Source: a virus. Taken from it: DNA of 43,451 nt. Where the stretch lies: the IMG/VR virus record IMGVR_UViG_3300049188_000023, one strand, 5' to 3'. The notes under the pieces are model-generated. The model ran no database searches, was not told the DNA's origin, and saw nothing but the letters and a program-made list of their open reading frames with translations. The stretch's first letter is position 1. Each line of letters opens with the position of its first letter. Shown here piece after piece: positions 15,637-25,216 of this stretch. Both the position numbers and the translations under genes were made by a program.

Positions 15637-17029
15637 TCAAGGCTTCCAGTTGTGCCTCAAGGCGTGCAATCGACAGGCGCGCATCGCTGGTGCCTCGGAA
15701 CCGCTGAATGCGGTATAGGTCCATCTTCCCGAGCTTGCGCCATGCCAACCGCTTGTTGCGCTCACCGGCCGTCCCGATGGACAGAGGCCGCTCCTGGCTG
15801 TACGTCTCTCCGTCGAGAGAGTACGAGGTCCAGATGACCGGATCTGCGCCGATGGCCACGCGGCCCGGGAGGGCGACAAGCTCCAGCTCATGGACGATGG
15901 CGCCGCGCCCCTCGTTGTAGACCATCAGCGTGCCGAACTCCCATCCGATGGTCTCGCCGTAGTGCGTGGACACGTTGTCAACCATGCGGCCGATGCGGCC
16001 GTTCACAGGGTCGCCGACATGCCAGTGATCGTGCACCCACACCAGCCCGCGCGCCCGGTACTGGCCGCGGCCAACGATGGAGGTCGTCAGCTCGAACCAC
16101 ACCGGCTCCCCAACGGCTTCAGAGGCTGCGGCGTCGTAGACCCAGCATGTATCGGGTAGGTGGATAAGCAGATGCTGGTGCCCCTTGTCCACACGCGCCT
16201 CAAGAACCACGCCGGATAGCTGGGCCTCGGTGTACGTTGACAGGATCTGGTCAATCTCTCGCGTCGATAGCTTGCGGGTCGTGCCGGCGCCCAGCAGCCA
16301 CACGGCCGGCGCTTCGTTTCTTCCACCCCCAACAAAGGCGAACGTCTCAAGGTAGGGTGCGTATGCATGCGTGCCGATGATGCCGCGCGTGACCTGGGCG
16401 CCGTCGATGCGCTGGAAGGGAAAGCCTGAACCGCCGATGTTCTCGAACACCTCGATGGTGTGGCGGTTGAAGGCATAGGCTTCATTTCGCAGCTTGTCCC
16501 CGGCCTTCACCGGGTCCGGGTCGGCCTCCGATGAGCCGTACTTGAGCGGGTTGACGCTGTAGGGGTCGGTGAGTTCGGTGACGACGATGTTTTCGCCGTC
16601 GGTCGTCATCCAGTAGCCGGCGATGTGCCACACATCGAGGACTGTGCCGAGGTCCGGGTCCGTCACCTGCGTGACTGAGCCGCCGTCGCAGTAGTAGAGG
16701 CGCCCACCAGAGGCGATCCCGAGCAGATCGAACGAGTAGTCCATGCTCACTGGGCCGCCCGGCCCCACATCGCCGAGCACAGTGACCGTGCCGACTGCGG
16801 AGACGCGCACGAGCTTGGTCCCCATTACGCGGTAGTGCTGGCCATCCCACTCAATCGAGCCGCGGTCAGCGCCGGGGCCTGCGCCCATCTGCTCGATGCC
16901 GTCAGCGGGGCGAAGGAAGCCCTCCGAGATGCCAGTGGACTTCGGCACCGGCACGTAGTTTCGCGGGTAGCGGGTGCGGAACTCACCAACGTCGGAGGCA
17001 TATATCCCGCTGAGTATCGGAATTTGCAT
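15629..17029 (-). CDS. Tail adaptor / packaged-DNA stabilisation protein (P22 gp10-like)
   Basis: 466 aa vs 472 aa; LLIHLPDTCWVYD and KRLAWRKLGKM correspond to P22 gp10 LLIIHLPRHVLVYD and KRVLWKRVGRI. Confidence 0.8.
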   Translation of the reverse strand: MQIPILSGIYASDVGEFRTRYPRNYVPVPKSTGISEGFLRPADGIEQMGAGPGADRGSIEWDGQHYRVMGTKLVRVSAVGTVTVLGDVGPGGPVSMDYSFDLLGIASGGRLYYCDGGSVTQVTDPDLGTVLDVWHIAGYWMTTDGENIVVTELTDPYSVNPLKYGSSEADPDPVKAGDKLRNEAYAFNRHTIEVFENIGGSGFPFQRIDGAQVTRGIIGTHAYAPYLETFAFVGGGRNEAPAVWLLGAGTTRKLSTREIDQILSTYTEAQLSGVVLEARVDKGHQHLLIHLPDTCWVYDAAASEAVGEPVWFELTTSIVGRGQYRARGLVWVHDHWHVGDPVNGRIGRMVDNVSTHYGETIGWEFGTLMVYNEGRGAIVHELELVALPGRVAIGADPVIWTSYSLDGETYSQERPLSIGTAGERNKRLAWRKLGKMDLYRIQRFRGTSDARLSIARLEAQLEALNG

Positions 17030-17899
17030 CTACAGCCTCGCCACCAGGGTGCCCTTGTTCTCGTTGGCCCAGGCAAATGAGCGCGCAGTGCCGAAGTCAC
17101 AGGTGAGGTCGTCAATGTCGGCAAAGCCGTTCTTCCCCCACCAGATGGCCGCTTGACCGGCCGCGGTGACGATCTGCGAGAAGTCGGCCGCCTCCAACAG
17201 CATGTCAGCCTCGCTGAGCGCGGGGGTGAACACCTTGATGGCGTCGAGAATGCAACTCGCGCGCTCATGCTGGTAGTGCGAATACCACGGCGAGTCGCCG
17301 ATGATGACTTTCGGGCTCGGTGGGTTGCTCTCTCCGTAGCCGGCTGTCGTCTCCACCCGCTGGATGTAGTCCGCCGCATCAACACTTGGCAGGTCGAAGT
17401 AGAACTTCAGCGTCTTGCTGTTGGCATCTGCGCGCGTGACGGTCATAGCTTGCAGGTAGGTCACGTCCTTCGTGACCGCCGTGCCCTGGCCCACATCCGT
17501 GGAGCCGGCCGCGCTGAAGAAGTCGCCACCCGCGCATGCAGCTTCCCATACGTGGCTCGTGCCGCTGTTGTCGCCGGTCGTCGGATACGGATGCATGCCC
17601 CAATAGCCGGCGCTCGGGTCGAATGTGGCGCCGTCACCCTGGCACCACCACCACTGTGCGTAGTACCCGGTCTGCTGGGCCACCTTGATCTTGCGGATGA
17701 CCGTCACGCCAGCGCCAGAGGCGCCCCAGATCGGCAATCCATCGAGGTGTGGGTCGGCAAACTCCATAACCACGTAGGGAGCCGAGGTGTCCGAGCCCGA
17801 GATGTTGCTCGGGAACTCCACCGCGAATCGTGGTGGTGGCGGAGCCTCAGACGCCAGTAGCAGGAATTGCTGCCAAAGCCGGCGCCGCTTCGCGTACAT
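17030..17899 (-). CDS. Hypothetical virion-module protein (289 aa), Trp/Gly-rich
   Basis: Abuts gp10-like start; no counterpart in the P22 gp4-gp10 junction; YYAQWWWCQGDG, GYWGMHPYP. Confidence 0.6.
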   Translation of the reverse strand: MYAKRRRLWQQFLLLASEAPPPPRFAVEFPSNISGSDTSAPYVVMEFADPHLDGLPIWGASGAGVTVIRKIKVAQQTGYYAQWWWCQGDGATFDPSAGYWGMHPYPTTGDNSGTSHVWEAACAGGDFFSAAGSTDVGQGTAVTKDVTYLQAMTVTRADANSKTLKFYFDLPSVDAADYIQRVETTAGYGESNPPSPKVIIGDSPWYSHYQHERASCILDAIKVFTPALSEADMLLEAADFSQIVTAAGQAAIWWGKNGFADIDDLTCDFGTARSFAWANENKGTLVARL

Positions 17900-17900
17900 C

Positions 17901-18197
17901 TCAGAAGCCCTCGCCAGGGATGGCGTGCAGCGTGGTGCCAGAGGCCGAGATGTAGCTCAGCGTGTCGTGGTCCTGGTCTTTCGAAATGACCGTCTGAATA
18001 CCGGCAATCACCGGGTAATCCGCCGTGGTCGCCTCGATGCCTGACGGGCCGACGCGCACATAGCAGACGTTGCTGCCGGTGTTTGTCAGGCAGAGGCTTT
18101 TTGAGCCCTTGCCGATGGTGATGGAGGCTGCGGCAGCGGCTGGTGTGACGGTCTGACCCTGGGTGTACGACGGGGCGAGCGGTGTTTTGATGGTCAT
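17901..18197 (-). CDS. Hypothetical small virion-module protein (98 aa)
   Basis: 1-nt spacing to next gene; beta-rich composition. Confidence 0.55.
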   Translation of the reverse strand: MTIKTPLAPSYTQGQTVTPAAAAASITIGKGSKSLCLTNTGSNVCYVRVGPSGIEATTADYPVIAGIQTVISKDQDHDTLSYISASGTTLHAIPGEGF

Positions 18198-18209
18198 GGC
18201 ATTGGTCCT

Positions 18210-18665
18210 TTAGCCGACGCGGCACCACAGCGAATTCACGCCATCGAAACGCAGGCGAAAGTAGCTGTTGGCGGCCAGCGTGCTCGGTGCGCCGCTGGTG
18301 CTGTCGCTTGAATCGGCGGTGATGGTCAGCGTGGTGACGGCCTGCCGGCAGTGCACAACCACCTCTTGGCCGTCTGTGCCATCGGGAAGCACGATGGTCC
18401 CGGCCGCATACGTGCCGCCCGGGGAGATCAGCAGGAAGACGCTTCCGCCCGTGGTCTCGGGGGCAACGGTGATGCTGAACCCGGAGGCGCCCGGCGAGGC
18501 GTATTGCGTGATGAATCCGCCCTCGGAGGTGAGTTGCTCCTGCAGCCAGGACAGCAGCGTGGCGAGCGTAGCGGCGGCATCACTGCCGAGCGAGGCCGAG
18601 TAGAGCGCCAGCTTGTCGCTTGAGGTGAGGTCGGAGACGGCGGTGAGCCGGTCGATGGCGGGCAT
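18210..18665 (-). CDS. Hypothetical virion-module protein (151 aa), fiber-like N-terminus
   Basis: IDRLTAVSDLTSSDKLALYS... N-terminus typical of phage fibers; C-terminus ...LWCRVG resembles the end of 19540..20643 (...FDLVRVG). Confidence 0.55.
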   Translation of the reverse strand: MPAIDRLTAVSDLTSSDKLALYSASLGSDAAATLATLLSWLQEQLTSEGGFITQYASPGASGFSITVAPETTGGSVFLLISPGGTYAAGTIVLPDGTDGQEVVVHCRQAVTTLTITADSSDSTSGAPSTLAANSYFRLRFDGVNSLWCRVG

Positions 18666-18667
18666 GG

Positions 18668-19162
18668 TCAGTCCCCAAACTGGAGGCCGCCGTCTTCGCC
18701 GACCTGCAGCGGTCCGGTGTCAGGCGTCGGCATGAAGGGTTGATTGGTCGTGCGCCAGGGCTTGGAGCCGGCGCCACGCGGGAGGGTGTTGGGTAGCTGC
18801 TGCTCGGCGGGGAATGCCGCTTGCGCCAGAAGCTGCTGCATGCCGTCGCGGTAGGCGGTGATGGTGCTCGGGTGCGGTGTCTTGCCGAGTCCGGCCCCGA
18901 GCTCCAGCGCGAGGCCGCACACGACGGTGCGTATCGCGTAGATCGGGAGGCCGCTGTCGGTGTCGAGGTCGCTTCCGCTGGGGCTGACTCCGACGCTGTA
19001 TCCGAGGTGCAGCCCTTTGCCAGGGCCGGCCCATTGCGCCATCATCAGGTCGAGCCGGCGCACGCCCGTTTGCTGCTCTTCCGGGCTCAGATCGAACTCG
19101 TAGCCGGCGAGCGCAAGCTCGGCGTAGGCCTCCTGAACGATGTCGCGCTTGGTCCAGGCCAT
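18668..19162 (-). CDS. Head-to-tail adaptor (P22 gp4-like)
   Basis: 164 aa vs 166 aa; KRDIVQEAYAELALAGYEFDLSPEEQQTGVRRLDLMMAQWAGPGKGLHLGY parallels P22 gp4 [41 protein letters not shown]. Confidence 0.75.
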   Translation of the reverse strand: MAWTKRDIVQEAYAELALAGYEFDLSPEEQQTGVRRLDLMMAQWAGPGKGLHLGYSVGVSPSGSDLDTDSGLPIYAIRTVVCGLALELGAGLGKTPHPSTITAYRDGMQQLLAQAAFPAEQQLPNTLPRGAGSKPWRTTNQPFMPTPDTGPLQVGEDGGLQFGD

Positions 19163-19163
19163 A

Positions 19164-19487
19164 TCACTGCGCCAGCTTGGCGGCGATGGCCTCGCCCAAC
19201 TTGCGGTCGCTCACGCGGGGGCTGAAGGGGATGCCCAACTCTGTGGCCTTCTGCTCCAACTCTTCGCGCGTGGGCTTGCGGGTGTTGTCGGTGGACTGCG
19301 GCGCCTGAGGCACTTGAGGCACCGGGGCCGGCTGCGGTGGCTCGATGGCGGCCAGGACGGACTCATGCCAGCCTTGATCGAGCGCTGCATCGAACTCGGA
19401 TTCGTTGTGCACCGGCCTGTAGTCGAAGGTGCCGCCCTTGCGCTGGTGTGGGCCGCCGTCCTTGTAGACGAGCCTTGGGAATTCCAT
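19164..19487 (-). CDS. Hypothetical protein (107 aa), Pro/Gln-rich linker
   Basis: ATG 19487 inside ORF 19164..19562, chosen because the hairpin 19506-19530 occupies the upstream part. Confidence 0.5.
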   Translation of the reverse strand: MEFPRLVYKDGGPHQRKGGTFDYRPVHNESEFDAALDQGWHESVLAAIEPPQPAPVPQVPQAPQSTDNTRKPTREELEQKATELGIPFSPRVSDRKLGEAIAAKLAQ

Positions 19488-19505
19488 GTGGGCCTTTCGT
19501 AGGGA

Positions 19506-19530
19506 GGGGCTCGGCGGTGAACCGAGCCCC
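19506..19530 (-). terminator. 9-bp GC stem-loop after the coat/Gly-rich genes (attenuator or mRNA-stabilising hairpin)
   Basis: ggggctcgg-cggtgaa-ccgagcccc; 10 nt downstream of the stop at 19540; no U-tract. Confidence 0.45.
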
Positions 19531-19539
19531 CGTGCTGCG

Positions 19540-20643
19540 TCAGCCGACGCGGACCAAATCAAACGTTGTGCTGGCCGTCTTGATGAGCAGGAATTGGCCG
19601 CCCGTCTGTGTGACCGCGCCAGAGCCCACCAGCGTCACGTCCGTGCCGCCTGCGATGGTGGAGGTATTGGTCGCGTGGTTGCTCGCGCAGTAGATCGGCA
19701 ATGCATTTCCCGTTGCCATGCCGACGAGGTACGCCGCGAGTTGCGTGCCCGTGCGGGTCGTCATCGTCACGTTGCCGCCCGATGCGTCCTGGTACAGCAC
19801 CTGCCCGGCCGTTTGGGCATCGGTGATCGTGCCGGCATCGGCGATGGTCGAGCGCGTGACATTGAGCGCAAACGGCGCACTGCCAGCAGTGCCGCCCACG
19901 CGCACCATCCCGGTCGCGCCAGTGCCTGCCAGCAGGCCGGGGGCCAGGACGACATTGCCACCATTGCCGTTGGTCGAGGCGGCCGCGCCACCCGTGACCG
20001 TCACCGAACCACCATTGCCCGTTGCGCCAGCACCAGATGCGCCAGCAGTCACCGTGACGGCGCCGCCTGCGCCCGTGCCCTGGCCTGCGCCACCAGTCAC
20101 TGCAGCAGCACCGCCGGCAGCATTGCCCGCCGTGCCCGCGCCAGCGGTCAGCGATGCGGCACCACCGGTGCCCGATGTGGCGCCACCAGCGGCACCCACA
20201 ACACTGGCCGCGCCGCCCACGCCCGTGGCGCCTGGCTGGCCGCCTTGCAGCTTGGCTGCGCCCCCGGCGTTGCCGGAGGTGTTGGACGTGCCGCCCGTCA
20301 CGTACACGTAACCGCCCTGAGCAGCCGCGAGGCCATCAATGGCAAACGTCGCATCAGCCGCGGAGATGTCGGCCGTGGGCTCGGTGATGCTCGGATCAGA
20401 GCCCACCTCGTAGTACACCGGAGACGCGCCAGCGCGCACGATCAGCGTAGTGGCCGTCGAGTAGGCGCTCGAAACGGTCTGCGAACCAGCGGTCGAGGTG
20501 AAGTCGAGATCCAGCGTGTTCGGCAGGTTGGGATAGCCCACCTGCTTGTACACATCCACCGCGTCGTAGGAGAAAACGGCGATCTTCTCGCTGGCCGGAA
20601 CCGCGACAGTGGCCTCGCCGTAGGGAGAGATTTGGTACACCAT
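19540..20643 (-). CDS. Glycine-rich virion protein (decoration or head-fiber candidate), 367 aa
   Basis: AAAGAGGA RBS; immediately after coat gene; central about 150 aa of GGxxG/GxGxxG repeats between two beta-rich domains. Confidence 0.7.
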   Translation of the reverse strand: MVYQISPYGEATVAVPASEKIAVFSYDAVDVYKQVGYPNLPNTLDLDFTSTAGSQTVSSAYSTATTLIVRAGASPVYYEVGSDPSITEPTADISAADATFAIDGLAAAQGGYVYVTGGTSNTSGNAGGAAKLQGGQPGATGVGGAASVVGAAGGATSGTGGAASLTAGAGTAGNAAGGAAAVTGGAGQGTGAGGAVTVTAGASGAGATGNGGSVTVTGGAAASTNGNGGNVVLAPGLLAGTGATGMVRVGGTAGSAPFALNVTRSTIADAGTITDAQTAGQVLYQDASGGNVTMTTRTGTQLAAYLVGMATGNALPIYCASNHATNTSTIAGGTDVTLVGSGAVTQTGGQFLLIKTASTTFDLVRVG

Positions 20644-20675
20644 GATTCGTGTCCTCTTTGATTGCTAGGCGAGAC

Positions 20676-21944
20676 TCAGGACTGCGAGAACAGCATGATT
20701 CCGGACATTTCCGGCTGCTTGTTCACGGTGCCGAAGCGCACGTCAATCCGGAACTTGATCTTCATCGTGTCGCCGACGTACCACTTCTGCAGAACCACCT
20801 CGATGCCTTGATCGGTGGTCGCGCGCATCACTGCGGCACCCGCGTTTTCAGGGATCACGTAGCCGCTGGGAATCAGCTCGATGGCGTCCTTGTGCCAGAA
20901 CGGATTGATGGACGCGGCGGCGGTGTTGAGGAACACGAGTGCCGAATTGGATGCCTCCGTGTTGACGACGCAGTTCTGGTACTGCAACTCCGCGTCGGTG
21001 CCACCCTGTGCAGTGATCATGGGAGGCGTGATGGTCATCGTGGTTGACGAATCCACCGAGATGACGCGGAAGGTCTTGAGCTGGCCTGTGTCGCCCTTGG
21101 TGATGTGGTGCACGGCATTCACGGCCGCCACGGTGAAGCAATCGCCGGCCGCAACACTGGTCGTGCTCGAAACCGTGATGGTCTGGAAGCGGTTGTCCAC
21201 GTTGCTGCGCTCACCAGTGGCCGCCACGCGCGTCGCAACGGGCGTGTAATAGGTAGCGGCGCTGGTGCGCGTGTCCATCGTGATGCCAGAGCCGGCAGCC
21301 GCGGCGATGCGGTTCGCATAGTCGAGCTTGTAGGTCTCGAAGCTGGCCACGGTGCCCACATAGGCCTTTTCGTAGGCGGTTGTGGGCTTGCCGGTCATCG
21401 TCGAGCGGCTCGCGAGGTTGCTGGCCATGCCGTTGTAGTCGCGAGTGGACAGGGCAAGGTAGCGGCTGTCCGACTGCACGCCCTGCTCGTTGAAGATGGC
21501 CTCGCACTGGGCCACGTCATCGAAGCCCGACGCGGCAGCGGTGCGCTTGACCACCAGCGAGCCGTAGTTCGAGGCCACGTTCATGATCGCGACGTTGATG
21601 TCGCTGGCGAGCTTCTGCTTGGCAGCGGCGCCCAGGCGCTTTTCCTGCAGGGCGTCACGCAGTTCGGTCGCCGTCATGATCCAGGGGGACGACTTCTCGA
21701 AGCCGATGGTCGCCGGCACCGAGAGTTGCGTCATGTTCTGGAAGTTCGATGTCTGGTCTTGACCGTCGAACGACTGCGCGATGTACGGCTGTGGGCGCCA
21801 AAACACATCGCCAGTGCGCTCCATCGTGGCCGAATCAGCGGGCCGGTAAATGGAAACGTTCTTGCTGAGAATCAGCGCGTCGTTGAACCCTTCGAGCATG
21901 TCCTCGAAAGCGACGCGCTCCTCTTTGTTGAAGCTATTGGCCAC
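20676..21944 (-). CDS. Major capsid protein, P22 gp5-type coat
   Basis: GTG start with AGGAG 6 nt upstream; 422 aa vs 430 aa; NVDNRFQTITVSS and INPFWHKDAIELI parallel P22 NVDNRFATVTLSA and NVFWADDAIRIV. Confidence 0.9.
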   Translation of the reverse strand: MANSFNKEERVAFEDMLEGFNDALILSKNVSIYRPADSATMERTGDVFWRPQPYIAQSFDGQDQTSNFQNMTQLSVPATIGFEKSSPWIMTATELRDALQEKRLGAAAKQKLASDINVAIMNVASNYGSLVVKRTAAASGFDDVAQCEAIFNEQGVQSDSRYLALSTRDYNGMASNLASRSTMTGKPTTAYEKAYVGTVASFETYKLDYANRIAAAAGSGITMDTRTSAATYYTPVATRVAATGERSNVDNRFQTITVSSTTSVAAGDCFTVAAVNAVHHITKGDTGQLKTFRVISVDSSTTMTITPPMITAQGGTDAELQYQNCVVNTEASNSALVFLNTAAASINPFWHKDAIELIPSGYVIPENAGAAVMRATTDQGIEVVLQKWYVGDTMKIKFRIDVRFGTVNKQPEMSGIMLFSQS

Positions 21945-22065
21945 GTATGGCTCCTATGCGTGATGAGTGAGACAGGTGCGGCAATGCCGCGCTTGCTTGA
22001 CTCATCCGCTCAGGGCCGGATGGAGGCCTCTCTGCACTGCCCGTTGAGGTGGGCGAGACCTGGCG

Positions 22066-22092
22066 CGCTGACGTGGCGCCGGAACGTCAGCG
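22066..22092 (-). promoter_or_regulatory. 9-bp stem-loop directly after scaffold stop
   Basis: cgctgacgt-ggcgccgga-acgtcagcg in the 149-nt scaffold-coat gap; a second palindrome gcggca-a-tgccgc lies at 21978-21990. Confidence 0.45.
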
Positions 22093-22093
22093 A

Positions 22094-23038
22094 TTACGCG
22101 CGCTGCTTCGCTCGTTGCTGCTGGCGGTAGGCGAAGACCTTGGACAGATCGCCCGTCTTCTCCGCGTCTTTGCGCAGCCGCTCCAGTTCGTTGTCCACTG
22201 CAGCCGCACCAGCGACAGAGGAGCGCACAACTCGGTCTGGCGCCGGGGCTTGCTTGCGTGGGGTGACCTTCAATTGCGCCTCCAGCTTGGCAACCGCGAA
22301 GGCGAACTTCACGGGGTTCTGAATCCCGGCCAGCTCCTTCGCCTTCTTGGGGTTCTTGCCCAGCGCATAGCGCAACAGGGCGGATGTCTTTGGGTCTTCC
22401 GGGCCATCCAAAACGATGGCCTGCTGAATGGGCGCAAACGTGTCCTCGAACGACAGTGATGCGTCGTCGTAGTCCTTGACCTTGAGCGTGGTCGCAGCCT
22501 TCTTCACGGCGTCGATGCGGCCTTGCCACTGGGCTTGCTGCTGCTCTTCGGCCTGCTGGCGCGTGCGCTGCTGTTCGTCGGCCTCGCGCTTGCGGGTGTG
22601 CCACGCCTCCAGATCGCGCTCGTACTCGGCGATCTCGTCGGCGTCGGCGAACTCCTTGAGCTTTGGCTTTTCGCCAACGGTCACCGCGGCCGACTGTCCG
22701 CTCGGCGCGCCCTTCAGCCGGGCGTTCTCGGCTTCAAGCTCGCGCTGCCGGCGCACCAGCTCACGGTTGCTCTTGCGCAGATCGCGAACCCACTCGGGGG
22801 CGCGCTTGTCGTCTTCCTCGGGCGTGGGCTCGTCACCCAGGGTGATGACGACCTCATCAGGCTCCGTGTCGCCCGACTCCTGCTCGCTGCCTGCGTCTTG
22901 CCCGCTCTCCGATTCCGTCTGTTCGTCGGCTTGATCCTCGGCACCCAACGATTGCTCGTCTTCGCCCTCGATCACGCTCACGTCGTCTTCGGTCTGCTCG
23001 GTGGGATCGCTCATGCCGAAATTGTCAAAGCCACGCAA
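22094..23038 (-). CDS. Scaffolding protein
   Basis: Between portal and coat; acidic N-terminus (EDDVSVIEGEDEQSLGAEDQADEQTESESG) and long charged helices; start uncertain (TTG 23038 or ATG 23014). Confidence 0.6.
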   Translation of the reverse strand: MRGFDNFGMSDPTEQTEDDVSVIEGEDEQSLGAEDQADEQTESESGQDAGSEQESGDTEPDEVVITLGDEPTPEEDDKRAPEWVRDLRKSNRELVRRQRELEAENARLKGAPSGQSAAVTVGEKPKLKEFADADEIAEYERDLEAWHTRKREADEQQRTRQQAEEQQQAQWQGRIDAVKKAATTLKVKDYDDASLSFEDTFAPIQQAIVLDGPEDPKTSALLRYALGKNPKKAKELAGIQNPVKFAFAVAKLEAQLKVTPRKQAPAPDRVVRSSVAGAAAVDNELERLRKDAEKTGDLSKVFAYRQQQRAKQRA

Positions 23039-23110
23039 CGCCAGGGCAACGCTCGGACTGCGCGACTATCAGCGCCCCTTATCTCGGGATGCATCGGCTA
23101 TAAATCGGCC

Positions 23111-25189
23111 TTATTGCATCGATGGTTTCGCGGTCTGCTGCGGCGGGTTCAGCATGCGTTGGAGCGCATCGGCGGACGCGATCTGCTGTTGGTTGTGCGA
23201 TGCCATCGTCTCGGCCATCGTCTTCGCGGTCTGGGCTCGCTTGAGGTCGGCATCGGCGATGGTCTGCACGGTCTTTGCGCGGGCCTGGGCGGCGTTGGCG
23301 ACGGCTTCCTCGGCCATGGCCATGAGCGCCTGTGACTGCGGATCCGGCTGCGCGTTGGCCTGCTCTTGCGCCAGTTCGGCCTGCTCTTCCTCGGTCGGCT
23401 TCACCACGCCCATGCGCACCAGCTTGCGGCGGAAGAACTCGCGCGCCTCGCTGATGCCCTCGCCTTCGAGGTTCATCATCACGAGCCCGTTGAGCACCTG
23501 CAGCGTCTCCGGGTCTTGGGTGATCGACATCATCCCGGTGAGCGCGCGCACCGTGGCGGCGCGGCGGCTGCTGCTGCTCGGGCCGACATCCACGTCGACT
23601 TCTAGGGCCGCCTTCGTAAGGTCGTTCTTCAGTGTGGTCTCGCCCGTCTCCCTGTCGTAGATGGGCTGGTTCATGATGACCTGCGAGGTCTGCCCCTTGG
23701 CGTCGATCACCTTCATGGGCCGCTCATCCTCGACCACGATGTCTCGCTTCATCGACAGCCACACCTCGCCTCCGCGCTTCACGGCCTTCGCGAAGTTGCT
23801 CATGTAGATGAACACCTGCATGTCCAGGCGCTGCTGGATCAGCTCCACGGCTTTACCGCTTTGATTCGGCTGCAGTTCCTCGCCGGCTTGCTGGTTGCCG
23901 AGCAGGTCTTGCAGCGCCTGCGTCGCCATCTGCGCGAGCGCGGCCATGGCGGGCGGGATGTTCGGGGCCTTGGTGTAGGCGGCCGGGGCGTTGCTGCCCG
24001 GGATCGGGTTGCCGGCCGTGTCCAGCAGGGCGTTAGCCAGCAGGTACGGATACTTCTTGATGTTGTCCTCGGCCCACATGGCCGCGTGGCCGGCGATCTG
24101 CTCGGGCGTGAGGATCGGTTTCTCGATGTCGAAGCGTGCAGCCATCTCGGCCAGCCACGACATCAGCATGTTCTCCAGGCGCTGGGCATCCTTGGCCAAC
24201 CGCACATGGCCCATGCATCGCTCGACGCCATCCACGACCCAGCGTTTGCCGTATGTGACGATGATCGGTATGCACCGGCCCGGTATCGTCTCGCCGTCAG
24301 TGAGCATCTTCCCGCCGCTCATTACGTACTTGACGATCTTGCGGCGCCTGACCTTCTTCTCGCGCACCTTGCGGAAGCCGGTTGCCGTCAGCTCATCGAG
24401 CATGTCTGGATCGCCTTCCAGCTCGGACTCGGTGACGCGCATATCCTCGGCGTCCTCGTCCAGGCCCCGGAAGACGTGGATCGTCTCGGTCATCTCCTCG
24501 ACGCGGTACAGCTCGCAGACCCACACGAGATCAGGCGTGCACCAGTCGAATTCGTGCTGGTGAATCGCCTTGGGCCAACTGGCCGGGTCGTCCCCGAACT
24601 CATCCTTGTAGGCCTTGATCGGATACGGCGTGAGCACATAGCAGCGCTTGGCGTCGGCCTTGTCCTGCCGCTTGGCGCCGAGGTCGAAGAACACGCAGGA
24701 TTCGGCGTCGTAGATCGGCTCGATCATCACGCGCTGGTGCGTGTTCTCGTCGTCGTCTTCGTCTTCGTAGCAGGCCCGCAGGCGCCATGCCCCCATCCCA
24801 CCGCTTGCCGCCTCCTCGAACGCGTTGTCGTATGCCTCGTCCGCTGTGCACGCCTTCTCGTCGGCGCGATACAGCCCATCGCAGGTGTCGGCCAGGTCGT
24901 CGTCCGGTGAGCCGTCCTTGGGCGTGAAATCGACGGTGACGCGGTTGTTCCGGTACTCGTTGACGACCCGGATAACCGCCAGATGGACGCGGTTGAACTC
25001 GAACCTCGGCTTGTTCTCGAACTGGTCCCCGAGTGGGCCTTCCCACTGCGCCCCCGCCAGGCTGTAGAAACGCCTATCTTGGAGTGATTGCAGGCGTTCG
25101 TCGCGGTAGGCGGTCTGAATGTCGTCGAACTCGGAGAGAGCCTCCTGGTGGATCTCGTGCAGGCGCTCTTGCTTGGACTGGCGGGCCAT
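23111..25189 (-). CDS. Portal protein, P22 gp1-type with long C-terminal helical barrel
   Basis: 692 aa; conserved portal core and Ala/Gln-rich C-terminal helix (EEQAELAQEQANAQPDPQSQALMAMAEEAVANAAQARAKTVQ); synteny terL-portal-scaffold-coat. Confidence 0.85.
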   Translation of the reverse strand: MARQSKQERLHEIHQEALSEFDDIQTAYRDERLQSLQDRRFYSLAGAQWEGPLGDQFENKPRFEFNRVHLAVIRVVNEYRNNRVTVDFTPKDGSPDDDLADTCDGLYRADEKACTADEAYDNAFEEAASGGMGAWRLRACYEDEDDDENTHQRVMIEPIYDAESCVFFDLGAKRQDKADAKRCYVLTPYPIKAYKDEFGDDPASWPKAIHQHEFDWCTPDLVWVCELYRVEEMTETIHVFRGLDEDAEDMRVTESELEGDPDMLDELTATGFRKVREKKVRRRKIVKYVMSGGKMLTDGETIPGRCIPIIVTYGKRWVVDGVERCMGHVRLAKDAQRLENMLMSWLAEMAARFDIEKPILTPEQIAGHAAMWAEDNIKKYPYLLANALLDTAGNPIPGSNAPAAYTKAPNIPPAMAALAQMATQALQDLLGNQQAGEELQPNQSGKAVELIQQRLDMQVFIYMSNFAKAVKRGGEVWLSMKRDIVVEDERPMKVIDAKGQTSQVIMNQPIYDRETGETTLKNDLTKAALEVDVDVGPSSSSRRAATVRALTGMMSITQDPETLQVLNGLVMMNLEGEGISEAREFFRRKLVRMGVVKPTEEEQAELAQEQANAQPDPQSQALMAMAEEAVANAAQARAKTVQTIADADLKRAQTAKTMAETMASHNQQQIASADALQRMLNPPQQTAKPSMQ

Positions 25190-25216
25190 CTGTCATCCCC
25201 CGGTGTCGGGATCGGA

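Noticed and set aside
22115-22127. Possible third copy of the late-operon element (ttgctgctggcgg)
   Set aside because: Only 13 nt match, it lies inside the scaffold coding sequence (RQQQ codons), and it lacks the second block ctcagcgg.
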